Below are positions 10,637 to 19,525 of a stretch of DNA of 64,000 nt, piece after piece. A model generated the notes under the pieces. It saw only the letters and a list, made by a program, of their open reading frames with translations. It had not been told where the DNA came from and did not search any database. Each line of letters begins with the position of its first letter. The first letter of the stretch is position 1. The stretch covers positions 44,791 through 108,790 of the forward strand of contig MHBI01000101.1 of assembly GCA_001804815.1 (NCBI GenBank), written 5' to 3'. Source of the DNA: Lentisphaerae bacterium GWF2_50_93 (GTDB taxonomy: Bacteria; Verrucomicrobiota; Lentisphaeria; Victivallales; GWF2-50-93). The translations under genes and the position numbers were made by a program.

Positions 10637-10662
10637 GATGATAAACGATCAAATAATATTTC

Positions 10663-10690
10663 CAGCCCCCTGCGGGGCTTTTATCTTTCT
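10663..10690 (+). terminator. Orphan intrinsic terminator on the plus strand
   Basis: Stem AGCCCC-CTGC-GGGGCT followed by TTTTATCTTTCTT. No plus-strand CDS ends nearby. Confidence 0.5.
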
Positions 10691-10825
10691 TATTTGCAAT
10701 TTTTCCCAAGGCTGAGGCCTTGGACTGCAATATACCACCTCAGGCGGAGGCTCAAGCTTGAATGGAAAATACTTAATTTTAATACCCTATAAGAAGCGAC
10801 AGACAAACATTTATACCTTAATAAT

Positions 10826-10854
10826 TTGACTTATTCCCCTCTCCTGCCTATTTT
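10826..10854 (+). promoter_or_regulatory. Candidate sigma70-type promoter of fhs
   Basis: TTGACT, a 17-nt spacer, then TATTTT. The RBS GAGGAA (10871) and the ATG (10880) lie downstream. Confidence 0.35.
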
Positions 10855-10879
10855 TCATAATTAACAAAGCGAGGAACCA

Positions 10880-12526
10880 ATGAGCAAGCATGCAAATCTC
10901 AAGGACATAGTGGCTGTCGCCAAATCCGCAGGAATATCCGAAAAACATCTTTCCAAATACGGGGACTACAAGGCAAAGATATCCCTGGAATTTGTCGAGG
11001 AACTGAAAAATGAGAAGGATGGGAAACTCATCCTGGTCTCCGCCATCACCCCTACTCCTGCAGGTGAAGGAAAAACCACCACTTCGATCGGGCTTCATGA
11101 CGGACTCAGGAAATCCGGGCACAAATCCATTCTAGCCCTGCGCGAACCTTCCCTCGGGCCTGTTTTCGGAATGAAGGGCGGAGCCACCGGAGGCGGAAAA
11201 GCACAGATCGCCCCCATGGAGGACATCAACCTCCATTTCACCGGAGACATCCCGGCCGTCGAACGGGCGCACAACCTCATCGCCGCCGCCGTAGACAATG
11301 AAATCCACTGGGGGAAGATCAAGATCGATTCGCGCACTATCCACTGGAAACGTGTGATGGACATGAATGAACGCGCTCTCCGCGACATCGTCATCAGCCT
11401 CGGTGGAACTAAGAACGGATATCCCCGCGAAACAGGTTTCGACATCACTGCCGCCAGCGAGATCATGGCAATCCTGTGCCTCTCGGAAAACTACACCGAG
11501 CTTAAGAACCGCATCGAGAATATCCTCATCGGACTCGATCAGGACAAGAATCCGATCTTCGCGAGGGATCTCAATGTCGCAGGGGCCGCCACTGCGCTGC
11601 TGAAGGATGCGCTCAAGCCCAACATTGTCCAGACGCTGGAGAACAATCCAGTCCTCATCCATGGCGGACCATTTGCGAACATCGCACAGGGGGCAAATTC
11701 CATAATAGCCACAAGGCTCGCAATGAAACTCGGGGACTATGCAATAACCGAGGCGGGATTCGCTTTCGAGCTTGGCGCTGAAAAATTCTTCGACATCGTC
11801 GCAAGAAAGGCCGGCTTCACTGTAAGCGCAGTCGTACTTGTCGCCACCGCCAGAGCCTTGAAATACCATGGAGGCGCAGAACTGAAGAAGCTCAACGAGG
11901 AGAACATCGACGCACTGATAAAGGGTTTCTCCAACCTTGAAAAACATTACGAGAACATCCTCCATTTCGGAACCAAAGCCGTTGTTGCCATAAACAAGTT
12001 CACAGGTGATACTGAAAAGGAAATTGAAACACTCTCGTGCCTTCTAAAGGACAGGGGAATTCCTTTCTCATATTCAGAAGCCTGGGAAAAAGGCGGAGCC
12101 GGGACAATCGACCTCGCTGAAAAAGTTGTTTCTGTCACATCAGGAACTCCCAAATCCCATCCCCTTTATCAGCTGGATGCTTCAATTGAAGATAAAATAT
12201 CGACCATCGCAGGCAAGCTCTACGGTGCAAAGAAGGTCGATTATCATCCCAAGGCGCTCAAGGACATTGAACTCATCAAAAAGCTCGGACTGGAAAAACT
12301 TCCCGTCTGCATCGCAAAGACACAGAACTCGCTTTCGGACAACCCGAAGCTTCTTGGCAGACCAAAGGATTTCCTTGTGACTGTCAGGGAAATAGAGATC
12401 GCGTCCGGGGCTGGATTCCTGGTGCCGATCACCGGCGACATCATGCGCATGCCCGGCCTTCCCTCAAATCCGGCATACAAGAAAATCGATATAGACGGCA
12501 AAGGAAACATCACAGGTATGTTCTGA
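10880..12526 (+). CDS. fhs: Formate--tetrahydrofolate ligase
   Basis: 548 aa with the P-loop 'PTPAGEGKTTTS'. Family-typical sequence runs throughout. Confidence 0.95.
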   Translation: MSKHANLKDIVAVAKSAGISEKHLSKYGDYKAKISLEFVEELKNEKDGKLILVSAITPTPAGEGKTTTSIGLHDGLRKSGHKSILALREPSLGPVFGMKGGATGGGKAQIAPMEDINLHFTGDIPAVERAHNLIAAAVDNEIHWGKIKIDSRTIHWKRVMDMNERALRDIVISLGGTKNGYPRETGFDITAASEIMAILCLSENYTELKNRIENILIGLDQDKNPIFARDLNVAGAATALLKDALKPNIVQTLENNPVLIHGGPFANIAQGANSIIATRLAMKLGDYAITEAGFAFELGAEKFFDIVARKAGFTVSAVVLVATARALKYHGGAELKKLNEENIDALIKGFSNLEKHYENILHFGTKAVVAINKFTGDTEKEIETLSCLLKDRGIPFSYSEAWEKGGAGTIDLAEKVVSVTSGTPKSHPLYQLDASIEDKISTIAGKLYGAKKVDYHPKALKDIELIKKLGLEKLPVCIAKTQNSLSDNPKLLGRPKDFLVTVREIEIASGAGFLVPITGDIMRMPGLPSNPAYKKIDIDGKGNITGMF

Positions 12527-12527
12527 T

Positions 12528-12549
12528 AAATTTCCCAGACGGGAAATTT
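12528..12549 (+). terminator. Weak hairpin terminator after fhs
   Basis: Stem AAATTTCCC-AGAC-GGGAAATTT followed by a short T/A tract. Confidence 0.4.
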
Positions 12550-12585
12550 ATACCAAAAAGTGAATCAATTTCCTTATCCCTTGTA

Positions 12586-12616
12586 TTGTTAGTTGTTAAG
12601 TCCGTAAGGGCTGTTC
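12586..12616 (+). repeat. GTAG-hairpin repeat, copy A
   Basis: TGTTAGTTGTTA, then AGTCC-GTAA-GGGCT (one U.G pair), then GTTC. Confidence 0.5.
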
Positions 12617-12653
12617 TGCATAAGGAGCGCTGGCGTCTCGCCGGCAATTATCA

Positions 12654-12992
12654 ATGGACAACACTTCAAATTTCCAATGCCTCCGCTGCGGCGACTGCTG
12701 CAGATGGCACGGCTATGTGCGAATTTCGCAGGAGGAGGCCGATCAGATCGCGGCGTGTCTCGGGATGGATGTCCTTGAATTCATTGACAAGATGACAATA
12801 GTCACCGCCGACCGCAGAAGTCTTTCCCTTAATGAAAATTCCGACGGCACATGCATATTCTTCTCCGACAATCCCCCACGCTGCGAGATATACGATGTAA
12901 GACCCGCCCAATGCCGCGACTTCCCGGTCAAATGGAAATCCGAATCGGAGGAATTCCAGTGCAGGACGCAGAAAAAGAAACAGCTGAAGTAA
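12654..12992 (+). CDS. YkgJ-family (UPF0153) Cys-cluster protein
   Basis: 112 aa with the 'CLRCGDCC' CxxCxxCC motif and a second Cys pair near the C-terminus. Confidence 0.7.
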   Translation: MDNTSNFQCLRCGDCCRWHGYVRISQEEADQIAACLGMDVLEFIDKMTIVTADRRSLSLNENSDGTCIFFSDNPPRCEIYDVRPAQCRDFPVKWKSESEEFQCRTQKKKQLK

Positions 12993-15158
12993 TCATGGCA
13001 ATGTCACCAATACGGTTTCCAGTGGCGATAGCTCTTTACCCTCATGACCGGGGAGCTTATTGCCTGCGACAATTCTGCTGGAGAAGTTCACTGCCAGCAT
13101 GTAAGTCTTTCCATCAGCGCCTTTTATCCTGATGGCTTTTAGTTCTTCATTGTCTGTCATCAGCGGTTCCGCCTCGATGGTATCCTTCCCAATACAAACC
13201 GCAAACGCTTGGTCGAACAGGATCGTATTCGCCGGATAATCCTTCTGTACAGTGATGCATGGATGGCATATTTCGTCGCAGTACAACTCTCCACCGGAAC
13301 GTCCGACAGATGGGACACTTGTACTGAAGATTTCAATCTGGCGGCGGCCTGGACGATAAAGCGACAGCATGTCAATTCCATAGATTCCTGATATATGAAC
13401 ATGGTTGTCAATGCTTATGTCGCGTCCGTCAATATCAACGGTTTCCTGCTGCCTGCTCATACCCTCAACTGGTATTATTTTCCCGTTGAACGCGTAGCTT
13501 CGGGTAAATCCGTTGAAGATGTCGTTCGGAACATTGTAAAACAATCCCTTGATTTTTTTCAGCATGATCCGGCTGACTGTCCTTGCACGCTGAAAAACTA
13601 CCATTGTCGCATCGTCGGGAAGCGCAAATACCGCAAGATCCTCCTTGGCCGTCACCTCGTCAGCCTGCCCTTCCGCCACTTGAGAATCCGATCTCCAGTC
13701 CAGCCGTCCGGCAGTTCTGAAACCACCGGAAAATTTCACATCCTTATGCTCGTTGACAACGGCATGGTTGAATACACCGGTACCAGTGATTTCTCCAGCC
13801 ATATTCCAACGCCATTCCGCCAGATTGGAAACAGCCGCAGGCAGACACATTCCTGAGGGGCGCTGTGCCGCCATCCATACCCATGATGCAGCACGTCGGG
13901 GACCTTTTTCCATCAATGCTCCATGAAATATGTCCTGCCAGCCCCCAACCGAAGGAGAGGAATATGATGCGGGTTTTGTCGCTACGCTGGAATTGATGTA
14001 TTTCCGCCTCCAGTAAGCTCCCATTGACAGAGTTGCCGCACGGTCACCTTCCAACCGGTAGTAGTACACACGTGACGCCTCTTTAAGCTCGCAGAGCCGG
14101 TTGCCGAGGAACGAACCGTCAGGATTGCCGCCTTGTTCCTTGTCTACCTGTTTTAACCAGCCTTCTTCCAGATCCGCTGTATTCTCGCCATACCTATCTT
14201 TCATGAGTAAAAACACCGGAATCATGTAATCCTGACAGTAACAGTATCGGACTCGCGTATCGCCCCCGATCCTCCAAAGCCGACCGTCGTCAAAGGTGCA
14301 CAGCTTTATCAGACGCCACAATTCCGGCACATGATGATAGAGTGCCTCAGGGGCATCAACTCCTCTGCTCCTGCAGCTGAAATGCAGCATGGCGATATTT
14401 GACAGGCAGATTACCATATATCCGAAATTCAGGTAGCCGTGATGATTCAATCCATAATTCTCAGTGAAATTCGCGCCGACATGCCACTCCCTCAGCGTTT
14501 TTCCTGCAATCAATTGCATGTCGTCCGCATCGGCAGGAATGGATATCCCGTTGAGGACAAGGAGATTCGCTTTCTCCAGATACAGATCCCTATCTGGAGC
14601 ATCTGGGTACATCATGGCGGTCCTAAACAGCAAACAGCCGTTCCAGATGTTGCTTTCCGGCTTATTCCTACCTGTTTTAGCATCTATGCCGGCGACTACC
14701 GTATTGTTCTTCAATTGCCAGCCGCTTTCGGCCAGCAGTACTTTCCGAAGCGCCAGCCTGTCGCCCGGCTTTAAATATTCATCCATCGCTTCAATGCCGT
14801 GCATCATCCGTTCAATGCAAAGAGCGGAGATCCAGCTCAACCCCCAAGAGCACCCATTTGTAGTCTTTTCAGTTTCCACAGAACAGTGCGTACCAAGGGT
14901 AAATCGCAGCAATCGCAACGCATAATCCCGTAGCTGATCTCGCGACATCCCCGTTTCAGATTCATTCAGATCCGGATCACCTGCCAATACGGCCAGTGCG
15001 CCAAACGCGGCGGTATTTGTCTGCAGCGACCAATGTCCATTATACCCAAGACCATAGCAGGCTATATCATCATGTCCGGGAGGGAAATACAGCGCACCAG
15101 ACAGGGATCTCGCCCACTTCTGCAACATCTTGAGATAAATCACATTCAATGGCTCCAC
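12993..15158 (-). CDS. Cytoplasmic 721-aa protein, possibly an (alpha/alpha)-toroid plus beta-sandwich polysaccharide lyase/hydrolase-like (heparinase II/III-like) enzyme
   Basis: Long ORF with a GTG start and no signal peptide. It lies divergent from an AraC gene and near GH4. The family call rests only on general composition and 'NHHGYLNFGY'-type Asn/His/Tyr motifs. Confidence 0.4.
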   Translation of the reverse strand: MEPLNVIYLKMLQKWARSLSGALYFPPGHDDIACYGLGYNGHWSLQTNTAAFGALAVLAGDPDLNESETGMSRDQLRDYALRLLRFTLGTHCSVETEKTTNGCSWGLSWISALCIERMMHGIEAMDEYLKPGDRLALRKVLLAESGWQLKNNTVVAGIDAKTGRNKPESNIWNGCLLFRTAMMYPDAPDRDLYLEKANLLVLNGISIPADADDMQLIAGKTLREWHVGANFTENYGLNHHGYLNFGYMVICLSNIAMLHFSCRSRGVDAPEALYHHVPELWRLIKLCTFDDGRLWRIGGDTRVRYCYCQDYMIPVFLLMKDRYGENTADLEEGWLKQVDKEQGGNPDGSFLGNRLCELKEASRVYYYRLEGDRAATLSMGAYWRRKYINSSVATKPASYSSPSVGGWQDIFHGALMEKGPRRAASWVWMAAQRPSGMCLPAAVSNLAEWRWNMAGEITGTGVFNHAVVNEHKDVKFSGGFRTAGRLDWRSDSQVAEGQADEVTAKEDLAVFALPDDATMVVFQRARTVSRIMLKKIKGLFYNVPNDIFNGFTRSYAFNGKIIPVEGMSRQQETVDIDGRDISIDNHVHISGIYGIDMLSLYRPGRRQIEIFSTSVPSVGRSGGELYCDEICHPCITVQKDYPANTILFDQAFAVCIGKDTIEAEPLMTDNEELKAIRIKGADGKTYMLAVNFSSRIVAGNKLPGHEGKELSPLETVLVTLP

Positions 15159-15283
15159 GTTTTCCTCCCATGATATGTTGTTGCAACACCATCCTACTCA
15201 ACAAAAGCATCAATATAAACAAATATAGTCTATCTTTTCATCATCCAGTTTGAAATGGAATATTATCCGATTTAATTGTCAAT

Positions 15284-16147
15284 ATGTCTCAAATAATGGA
15301 TTATCAGCCCATGAAGCTGAATGCAGCAATACTTGAAGAATCGATTGCCGCGGTGGAAAGACACCTTGGAATAAGAATTACCGTCGTTGACAACCAAGGA
15401 TCCTTTCATACGCCAGCGGGAAATGTCCTGTTTCCTCCGGATCGGCAGTCGCACCGGAAGAACCAGGTATGCAATCTTGGGTTCAACAATCAATGCATTG
15501 AACATTGCCGACATGCGATGAAGGAGAAATGCACAGGTATTACAGATGGGTTTGCCGAGGACTGCTGGAAAGGCGTTACCGAGATTGTAATCCCGATCCG
15601 CAGGGGAGAAGAACAACTGCTCGGGATGTTCTATGCCGGGTCATGGAGGCGCAAAGGTTCTGTTCCGCCAAAAGGATTGCCCCGCTCCTTCATACCGGCG
15701 TTCTACGAGCTTCCGATATGGAATGAATGCAATGGGAAACGGTTGAAAACACTGCTCGAACTGTTGGTCGACGGGATTGTGCGGCGTCTTGATGGGCTGG
15801 AATATTCCACAACATCGAATTCAACTCGCGGCTACAGGATCAGTACTTTTGTCCGGCGGCATCTAAGCGAACCCCTGGGAATTGATGAGCTTTCAGCCCA
15901 CCTCGGCCTTTCACGATCCAGCACCAGCCGCCTGCTACAGGAAAATTTCCACTGCGGGTTAATTAAACTACTGCATGAAGAACGGATCCGAAGAGCGCAG
16001 ACACTATTGATTGGAACTACCGAAACTGTTGCCAACATTGCAGCCAAGGTCGGATTTCGGGACAAATACCATTTCAGCAAGGTCTTTCGCAAGATATCGG
16101 GAATGCCGCCCGGACTTTTCCGCCGTCAAACGTTTTCCATCAAATAG
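15284..16147 (+). CDS. AraC-family regulator with a Cys-rich PocR-like N-terminal sensor domain
   Basis: C-terminal double HTH ('IDELSAHLGLSRSSTSRLL...VANIAAKVGFRDKYHFSKVFRK'). The N-terminal half carries a conserved Cys pattern. Confidence 0.8.
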   Translation: MSQIMDYQPMKLNAAILEESIAAVERHLGIRITVVDNQGSFHTPAGNVLFPPDRQSHRKNQVCNLGFNNQCIEHCRHAMKEKCTGITDGFAEDCWKGVTEIVIPIRRGEEQLLGMFYAGSWRRKGSVPPKGLPRSFIPAFYELPIWNECNGKRLKTLLELLVDGIVRRLDGLEYSTTSNSTRGYRISTFVRRHLSEPLGIDELSAHLGLSRSSTSRLLQENFHCGLIKLLHEERIRRAQTLLIGTTETVANIAAKVGFRDKYHFSKVFRKISGMPPGLFRRQTFSIK

Positions 16148-16181
16148 AATAAATCCGGATCCCGCAGGTCTCCCGATTTTT

Positions 16182-17048
16182 TCAATACATTCCTGAATTC
16201 CTGAATTTCGCCGGAGAAACCCCGTAGGCTCTCCTGAAAGCCTTGCAGAAGTAGCTCGTATCTTTGAATCCGCATATTGATGAAACTTCCTTGATCGGCA
16301 GTTTTCCGGCCTGCAGAAATTTCACCGCCCTGTTCAACCGCAGCTCCCTTATGAATGCGCCCGGAGATATCCCGCGTTTCTCCGTAAACAACCTTGTGAA
16401 ATGGTAGCGGCTGTATCCAGATATTTTCGCAAGCTCTCCGACATCAGGATCCGCTTCAGGATTATTCGCGCAGTATTCGTTTATCTTCCGCATGAATTCA
16501 GGAACCTCCCCATTTTCCGAGTTCTCAGGCATGAGATCATCGCCTAGCGACATGGCAAGCTGATACGCAAGGGATGATGACAGGTATGGAGTTCTTATCT
16601 GCCCTGAAAAAGCCGCTTTAAATATGTTTGCCGCAGTATTTAATGTCCTGCCTGTTTCTCCAAACTCATTCACCGGCCCGATCCTCTTCTCTATTTCACA
16701 GCATATCCTCAGGACTTCCCTGCCATGGAAACATATGTATATGAATTCCCACCCGCAGGAATCCTTCGGAAAATAATAACGGTGGTCGTGCGGCATATGA
16801 AGCAGCATCCCCCTGCCCGGCAAAAGCTCAAAGGTCTTTCCTTCGTACTCAAGTCTTCCAAGTCCCGAAACAGTATACTGCCAGAGAATGAAATCCGCCC
16901 TGCCCCGTTTCAGGCCGTGCCAGCTGTAGTCCGTAGAATTTTTCCTCGAATGTCCGCAGCTTGTCAGCATCGAATGCAGAGGAACAGTCCTCGCCGGAAA
17001 CACGAGGCTCTTCTCCTTGTATCCGAGCTTTTTTATTACATTTAGCAT
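16182..17048 (-). CDS. AraC-family regulator (cupin N-terminal domain plus HTH)
   Basis: 'VGELAKISGYSRYHFTRLFTEKRGISPGAFIRELRLNRA...FKDTSYFCKAFRRAYGVSP'. Confidence 0.85.
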   Translation of the reverse strand: MLNVIKKLGYKEKSLVFPARTVPLHSMLTSCGHSRKNSTDYSWHGLKRGRADFILWQYTVSGLGRLEYEGKTFELLPGRGMLLHMPHDHRYYFPKDSCGWEFIYICFHGREVLRICCEIEKRIGPVNEFGETGRTLNTAANIFKAAFSGQIRTPYLSSSLAYQLAMSLGDDLMPENSENGEVPEFMRKINEYCANNPEADPDVGELAKISGYSRYHFTRLFTEKRGISPGAFIRELRLNRAVKFLQAGKLPIKEVSSICGFKDTSYFCKAFRRAYGVSPAKFRNSGMY

Positions 17049-17073
17049 AAAATTACCATTTATAGCAAGTTTT

Positions 17074-17126
17074 TAATATTTACAATACAAATATAATATT
17101 TATTTTAAAGCACATAATTAATATTT
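17074..17126. promoter_or_regulatory. Three TAATATTT direct repeats in the AraC/GH4 divergent promoter region
   Basis: TAATATTT occurs at 17074, 17094 and 17119 (spacings 20 and 25 nt) in a very AT-rich 99-nt spacer. Confidence 0.3.
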
Positions 17127-17147
17127 TTTACTGAAAGGAAAATATAT

Positions 17148-18635
17148 ATGTCGTTCAAAATTGCATTCATCGGTGCCGGAAGCCTGGGTTTCACAAGGAA
17201 GCTCCTTTCCGACGTCCTGACCGTCCCGGAATTCAAGGACATCAAAATCGGCTTTACCGACATCAACGCGAAAAACCTAGAGATGGTGGCGAAATTGTGC
17301 CAGCGCGACATCAACGCCAACAGGCTCAAGATAAAAATCGAGGCAAGCACCGACAGGCGCAAGATACTGAAGGATGCCAACTATGTAATCAATGTCGTCA
17401 GGATCGGTGGACTTGAAGCATTTGCCACGGACGTAGACATCCCCCTCAAATACGGCATCGACCAGTGCGTTGGAGACACTCTCTGCGCGGGCGGCATCAT
17501 GTACGGGCAGCGCGGAATCGCCGCCGTCCTCGGTTTCTGCAAGGACATCCGTGAAGTCTGCGCCCCAGACTGCCTACTCCTCAACTATGCAAATCCCAAC
17601 GCCATGATCACCTGGGCCGCAAATAAGTATGGCAAAGTCAGGACACTTGGCCTCTGCCACGGCGTCCAGGGCGGACACGGAATGATTGCTCAGGTCATCG
17701 AACTTCTGGTGAACAAGGACAAGGGCGTTAAAAAAGATTCCAAGGGATACGAGAAGGTCTCTGTCAAGGACGTTGACATCATCTGTGCCGGAATAAACCA
17801 CCAGACATGGTACACGAGGATCCGCTACAAGGGGCAGGATTGGACAGGAAGGATGCTTGAAGGTTTTGAACAGCATCCTGAATTCAGCAAGACCGAGAAG
17901 GTCAGAATCGACATGATCAAACGCTTTGGATACTTCAGCACCGAATCGAACGGGCACCTGTCAGAATATGTCGCATGGTATCGCAAGCGCGAAAATGAAA
18001 TCAAAGACTGGATCGACATGTCATCCTGGATCAACGGCGAAACCGGCGGATATCTCAGGGTATGCACCGAAGGAAGGAACTGGTTCGAAACCGATTTTCC
18101 GAAGTGGATGAAGGAGCCGGCAATGAAATACGTCGAAGATAAGCGCAGCCATGAACATGGTTCTTTCATTATAGAAGGTCTGGAAACAGGCAGAGTCTAC
18201 CGCGGACATTTCAACATCGTCAACAATGGATGCATCACTAATCTTCCCGACGACGCCATTGTCGAAGTCCCATGCTACGTCGATGGCAATGGCATCAGCA
18301 TTCCGCAGGTCGGCGACCTTCCGCTAGGATGCGCGGCCGTCTGCAGCGCCAGCATATCCGTGCAGAGGCTTTCAGTTGAAGCGGCCGTCAGCGGCAATGA
18401 CACTCTTCTCAGGCAGGCGATGATGCTGGATCCGCTCGTGGGGGCGGTCTGCAATCCTCCCGAAATCTGGCAGATGACCGATGAAATGCTTGTCGCCGGA
18501 GCGAAATTGCTTCCGCAGTATAAGGATGCGATAAATGAAGCGAAGAAACGCCTGTCAAGGGGAAATCTGATTCCTACAAGGCAGGGATACAAGGGGGCGG
18601 CCAGGCTGGAAGTGAAAGCACCTGAGAAGAAATAG
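17148..18635 (+). CDS. Glycoside hydrolase family 4 (NAD+/Mn2+-dependent alpha-galactosidase/alpha-glucosidase type)
   Basis: 495 aa with the motifs 'IAFIGAGS', 'NYANPN', 'LGLCHG' and 'AGINHQTW'. Confidence 0.85.
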   Translation: MSFKIAFIGAGSLGFTRKLLSDVLTVPEFKDIKIGFTDINAKNLEMVAKLCQRDINANRLKIKIEASTDRRKILKDANYVINVVRIGGLEAFATDVDIPLKYGIDQCVGDTLCAGGIMYGQRGIAAVLGFCKDIREVCAPDCLLLNYANPNAMITWAANKYGKVRTLGLCHGVQGGHGMIAQVIELLVNKDKGVKKDSKGYEKVSVKDVDIICAGINHQTWYTRIRYKGQDWTGRMLEGFEQHPEFSKTEKVRIDMIKRFGYFSTESNGHLSEYVAWYRKRENEIKDWIDMSSWINGETGGYLRVCTEGRNWFETDFPKWMKEPAMKYVEDKRSHEHGSFIIEGLETGRVYRGHFNIVNNGCITNLPDDAIVEVPCYVDGNGISIPQVGDLPLGCAAVCSASISVQRLSVEAAVSGNDTLLRQAMMLDPLVGAVCNPPEIWQMTDEMLVAGAKLLPQYKDAINEAKKRLSRGNLIPTRQGYKGAARLEVKAPEKK

Positions 18636-18712
18636 GATTCCAAAAGCAGGGATGGCCTTTCCGTGTCCGAAGCAGCTATGCCGGACACAGGAAGGGCGTA
18701 CCTGCTATAAAG

Positions 18713-18748
18713 AAAACGCGCCATGTGTTTTTGCACGTGGCGCGTTTA
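18713..18748. terminator. Bidirectional intrinsic terminator (GH4 on plus, small CxxC gene on minus)
   Basis: Stem CGCGCCATGTG / CACGTGGCGCG (one G.T pair), flanked by an A-run on the left and a T-run on the right. Confidence 0.75.
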
Positions 18749-18772
18749 AATTTAACTGAATGGATATTCAGA

Positions 18773-19012
18773 TTATTTTGCTGCTGCAGGAGCGGCCTTC
18801 TTGGCAGCTTCGTCAGCGGCCTTCTGGCATGCGGGGCAGAGCTTCTTGACGGCGTCTTTAGCAGCGCCTTCGTTGAGCTTTACGCATTCTGTGCAAGCTT
18901 TCATTCCGCATTTTGCTTCGGCCTTGGCATCGCACTTAGGCGCTGCCTCCTCGGCATAGACTCCCATTGACATTGCGACTGCGACGACTGTGGCGATCAT
19001 CATTTTCTTCAT
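18773..19012 (-). CDS. Small secreted Lys/Ala-rich protein with CxxC motifs (79 aa), paralog 1
   Basis: RBS GGAGAG precedes the ATG at 19012. The signal peptide is 'MKKMMIATVVAVAMSMGVYA', and six Cys include 'CTEC' and 'CPAC'. The longer ORF listed in the track (to 19099) lacks an RBS. Confidence 0.6.
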   Translation of the reverse strand: MKKMMIATVVAVAMSMGVYAEEAAPKCDAKAEAKCGMKACTECVKLNEGAAKDAVKKLCPACQKAADEAAKKAAPAAAK

Positions 19013-19084
19013 TTGCTCTCTCCATGTTAGTTTTTCATTTGGCGGTCTAAGATACATGGAATTTACATTTTTACAATCAATAAC

Positions 19085-19121
19085 AAAAAAACGCGCCATG
19101 TGTTTTGCACGTGGCGCGTTT
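19085..19121 (-). terminator. Rho-independent terminator of small CxxC gene 2
   Basis: Same stem as at 18717-18744, followed on the minus strand by TTTTTTT. Confidence 0.8.
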
Positions 19122-19148
19122 AAAATTCAAACTGAATAAATATTCAGA

Positions 19149-19385
19149 TTATTTCTTTGCTGCAGGAGCGGCCTTCTTGGCAGCTTCGTCAGCGGCCTTC
19201 TGGCATGCAGGGCAGAGCTTCTTGACGGCGTCTTTAGCAGCGCCTTCATTGAGCTTTGCGCAGTCAGCGCAGACTTTTGCTTCAACTTTTGCATCTGCTT
19301 TTGCAGGAGCCTTAGCTTCCTCGGCAGCATAGACGCCCATTGACATTGCGACTGCGACAAGTGCGACGATCATTACTTTCTTCAT
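19149..19385 (-). CDS. Small secreted Lys/Ala-rich protein with CxxC motifs (78 aa), paralog 2
   Basis: RBS AGGAGAG. The signal peptide is 'MKKVMIVALVAVAMSMGVYA', with 'CADC' and 'CPAC' motifs. The C-terminal 'KLNEGAAKDAVKKLCPACQKAADEAAKKAAPAA' is identical to paralog 1. Confidence 0.65.
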   Translation of the reverse strand: MKKVMIVALVAVAMSMGVYAAEEAKAPAKADAKVEAKVCADCAKLNEGAAKDAVKKLCPACQKAADEAAKKAAPAAKK

Positions 19386-19525
19386 TTCTTCTCTCCTCTT
19401 GTTTTATGCCTTGATGGCATTGTTTATTTATGCAGCCATCAAAGATACATAAAAAAAGCTTTTTTTCAACATAACCGTTTTTAATTATGTGTAAGTTCAT
19501 TATATTTAACCAGTTTTAATTTGTA

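Larger units (their letters stand above)
18713..19400 (-). repeat. Tandem duplication of a terminator + small-gene + RBS unit (offset 376 nt)
   Basis: 18782-18886 and 19158-19262 are identical at 102 of 105 nt. The terminators and signal-peptide regions are also near-identical. Confidence 0.9.

Noticed and set aside
11132-11965. Long antisense ORFs inside strong genes. Examples are 11132-11965 opposite fhs, 21024-21560 and 21728-22342 opposite DUF1846, 28011-28706 opposite mttB-like, 31474-32436 and 33496-34350 opposite the GH9 gene, 47075-47803 opposite the permease, 58601-59365 opposite the anti-sigma gene, and 61011-61844 opposite the last gene.
   Set aside because: These are shadow ORFs typical of moderately GC-rich coding DNA. 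They have no motifs or RBS, and the opposite strand carries confidently recognised proteins.
12586-12795. Similarity between the small ORFs 12586..12795 and 57508..57705 ('LVVKSVRAVL' versus 'FVVNAVRHVQ') as a small protein family.
   Set aside because: The similarity is confined to the shared GTAG-hairpin nucleotide repeat. Neither ORF has coding support, and 12586..12795 overlaps the real ykgJ-like gene out of frame.
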